Assembly (NCBI GenBank): GCA_003601795.1
Contig: PIXU01000001.1
Coordinates: 1 to 29,459 of the forward strand
From: Candidatus Methanophagales archaeon
Lineage (GTDB): Archaea > Halobacteriota > Syntropharchaeia > Alkanophagales > Methanospirareceae
Length of the DNA: 29,459 bases
Reading direction: 5' to 3'
A program made the position numbers and the translations under genes. The notes under the pieces were generated by a model. It saw only the letters and a list, made by a program, of their open reading frames with translations, made no database searches and was not told the origin of the DNA. Numbering within the stretch: the first letter of the stretch is position 1; each line of letters opens with the position of its first letter. Below are positions 27,644-29,459 of this stretch, piece by piece.

Positions 27644-27767
27644 AAGAACTTTATGATGCCTTTCTACTCCTTGCTCACACATTTTGAAATGTGGCGGCTG
27701 CACTATGTGCGGTTATTCAAATCTAGCATCGTTCAAGAAAAATATTCCGATGAAAAAGAGGAATTAA
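27639..27767 (+). pseudogene. Radical SAM N-terminal fragment (TIGR01210/RaSEA-like CX8CX2C)
   Basis: Alternative frame reads IRRTL*CLSTPCSHILKCGGCTMCGYSNLASFKKNI, resembling the GC.W....GGCTMCGY cluster motif. Not in the ORF track. Confidence 0.65.
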
Positions 27768-28048
27768 AAAAGGAATTAGAAAACATATGTGGCACAATTT
27801 TAAAAAATGCTGAGATGGAATGGGTAAAGAATAGGGAACATTGGCTTGGTTACGGAGGAATGGGTCTACTTCTAGTTTTTGAGCATGGTACCCCCAATAA
27901 TAGCCTTCCCATACTCTGGAGGGATTCCATAAAGCCCAAAGAGTTCTTTGCTTTATTTCCGAGAGATAAGTCTCCTGAGCAGAATATAGAATGGGATGAT
28001 ATTGATGCGGTATTAATGAGATTCCAGGGGCGAGGAGGATATCTGTAA
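27743..28048 (+). pseudogene. C-terminal fragment of a PRTase-like (PRTase-CE type) protein
   Basis: LGYGGMGLLLVFEHGTPNNSLPILW...ALFPR motif. Confidence 0.65.
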
Positions 28049-28271
28049 TGTGTGATTCTCATTATGAGGTCTTCGGGACAGAACTCTCCCTCCCAACTGG
28101 CAATTCGCAAACTCCTGAAAAACCAACTCTACTTCACGAACTACTCCGTATCACAACCACCCTCTTATACCCACCTCTCTCCTTCGCCAACGCTCAAGCG
28201 TATGAGAATCTCCGATTAAAACCTCTTCCCAGTTCCCAGAGGCCAGTGAATGAGGAAGAAATCACGTGCTG

Positions 28272-28550
28272 CTAAACTACCTCACCCTCTCCTCTGATAC
28301 CGTCAAAAGTGACCTTATAATTGTCCGAGATATCCCTTCCGACAATTGCTTTTAGGCTAAACAAATAACCGGCGGCTCTGCATGGTCCAACCTTTCTGAA
28401 AAAGAATTTACTTCCCGGATACTCTCCAACTCCAGCGAGGTCTTCTTTCTCCACTTCTATCGCTATTATCTTCTCCAGGTAAAGCCGCTCCCATTCTTCT
28501 TTTTTCCTTTGATATACTTCTTCCCCCCTCTTAACAAGCTCTGATTCCAT
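28272..28550 (-). pseudogene. Chimeric ORF: DUF5678-like protein (internally deleted) fused to the C-terminus of a retropepsin-like aspartic protease
   Basis: KRGEEVY...KIIAIEVE...YPGSKFFFRKVG (DUF5678-like) then AIVGRDI..NYKVTFDG (protease C-terminal strands). The catalytic DTG is absent. Confidence 0.5.
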
Positions 28551-28718
28551 CTTATCTAATCTCCCTCTTTCTTTCTATTTAAGATTCTTTTTACTGGTAT
28601 TTAAATCCAAAAGCTCAGCCATCTCAGAATGATAAAGAGAAAAAAATAGAAGGGGAAGCAAAACATTCCATCAACTGCTTTGCTTCGGTAGTTTGATTTG
28701 ATATTATGCCCCTTACCT

Positions 28719-29459
28719 CTACACCGCAAAATCCAACTGAGCGTACACCTGCCTATCCTTAAAGTACTTCAATGACATCGCACCCGAGGGGCAATAAGAA
28801 GCACAGCTTCCGCACCCTATACAGCCATCACCGACCTTCGCAACTTTCTTCGTCCCGCCTATCACCGTCGCCACACCGAAAGTAACCACAGGCACCGGCT
28901 CTTCCGTCAGCTCTATCGCCTCAACCGGACACATATCCACGCACACGCCGCACCCTGAACATATCAGCTCATCAACCACTGAAGTCACTGCAGGTGTTTC
29001 GAGGAAATCTTTCGCCAGCAGCACGCATGCCCTCGCTGCCGCTGCACTGCTCATCGCGAGGCACTCGTCTATCAGTGCAGGATAAACCGCAGAACCACAG
29101 ATGAACACTCCCTCGTTCACCGTGTCAACAGGTGTCAGTACCATCTTCGGTCGCTCTTGCTCCTCCATAAAGAATCCGTTTTTCAAGGGAATCATGAACA
29201 TCTTGCTCAGTCTCTCGTTCTCCTCCGCAGGCATTGTCGGTGTGCTGAGCACCACCAAATCCGGCTTTATCTGTATCTCATCATTGAATATCACGTCATA
29301 GACCGAAACAATCCCACCTTCGTATTTCGGTGGCTTCTCCTTATCGTATCTGAGGAATATCACTCCTTTCTCACGTGCTTCTTTATACAGCACTTCCCAC
29401 TTTCCGTACGTTTTAATGTCCTGATATAGCACGAATACATTCGCATCAGGGTTCTTCTC
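28719..29459 (-). CDS. hdrA: Heterodisulfide reductase subunit A-like flavoprotein, C-terminal part; the gene starts beyond the window
   Basis: YQDIKTYG..E.LY.EAREKGVIFLRY, DLVVLS, PVDT..EGVFICG, SAAAARA, and two CxxCxxCxxxCP ferredoxin motifs. Frame is open to the window end. Confidence 0.88.
   Translation of the reverse strand, partial: EKNPDANVFVLYQDIKTYGKWEVLYKEAREKGVIFLRYDKEKPPKYEGGIVSVYDVIFNDEIQIKPDLVVLSTPTMPAEENERLSKMFMIPLKNGFFMEEQERPKMVLTPVDTVNEGVFICGSAVYPALIDECLAMSSAAAARACVLLAKDFLETPAVTSVVDELICSGCGVCVDMCPVEAIELTEEPVPVVTFGVATVIGGTKKVAKVGDGCIGCGSCASYCPSGAMSLKYFKDRQVYAQLDFAV

Noticed and set aside
28655-28686. Hairpins after the hdrA stop (GAAGCAAA/TTTGCTTC) and after its copy (24273..24293) as homologous att arms
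   Set aside because: The flanking sequences do not align; at most these are independent terminator-like stems.

Overview
Archaeal window from a methanogen-pathway euryarchaeon. The gene set (cfbE, mch, fwdDBAC, SufCB/SMS-type Fe-S scaffold, RACo-type activator, divergent hdrA) suggests Methanosarcinia/ANME-1-like methane or alkane metabolism; the lineage is inferred, not proven. Bases 1-22.6 kb are mostly intact genes: infB (partial), a lamin-tail/phospholipase D surface protein, cfbE, tRNA-Leu(UAG), moaC, sec61beta, mch, thrC, fwdDBAC, sufC/sufB and RACo. This part also holds a five-gene sulfonate/nitrate/taurine-type ABC operon with two binding proteins and an embedded CX8CX2C radical SAM enzyme, preceded by a ComE (coenzyme M biosynthesis) remnant. 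Bases 22.6-28.7 kb are a mosaic of gene fragments: IS110, a lone CRISPR-like repeat, apgM, a DNA methylase, DUF2283, HicB, an Mrr-type nuclease, a PEP-utilising enzyme, a radical SAM, a PRTase-like protein and DUF5678/aspartic protease. A 4.2 kb part of this mosaic is bracketed by the hdrA-like gene and a diverged second copy of its own 3' end. Best leads: (1) the radical SAM/ABC locus with the comE remnant; (2) the hdrA-3'-end-bounded island; (3) the decayed PEP-utiliser/radical SAM cluster; (4) the moaC stop codon lying inside tRNA-Leu. All family assignments are by eye from motifs; no database search was run.
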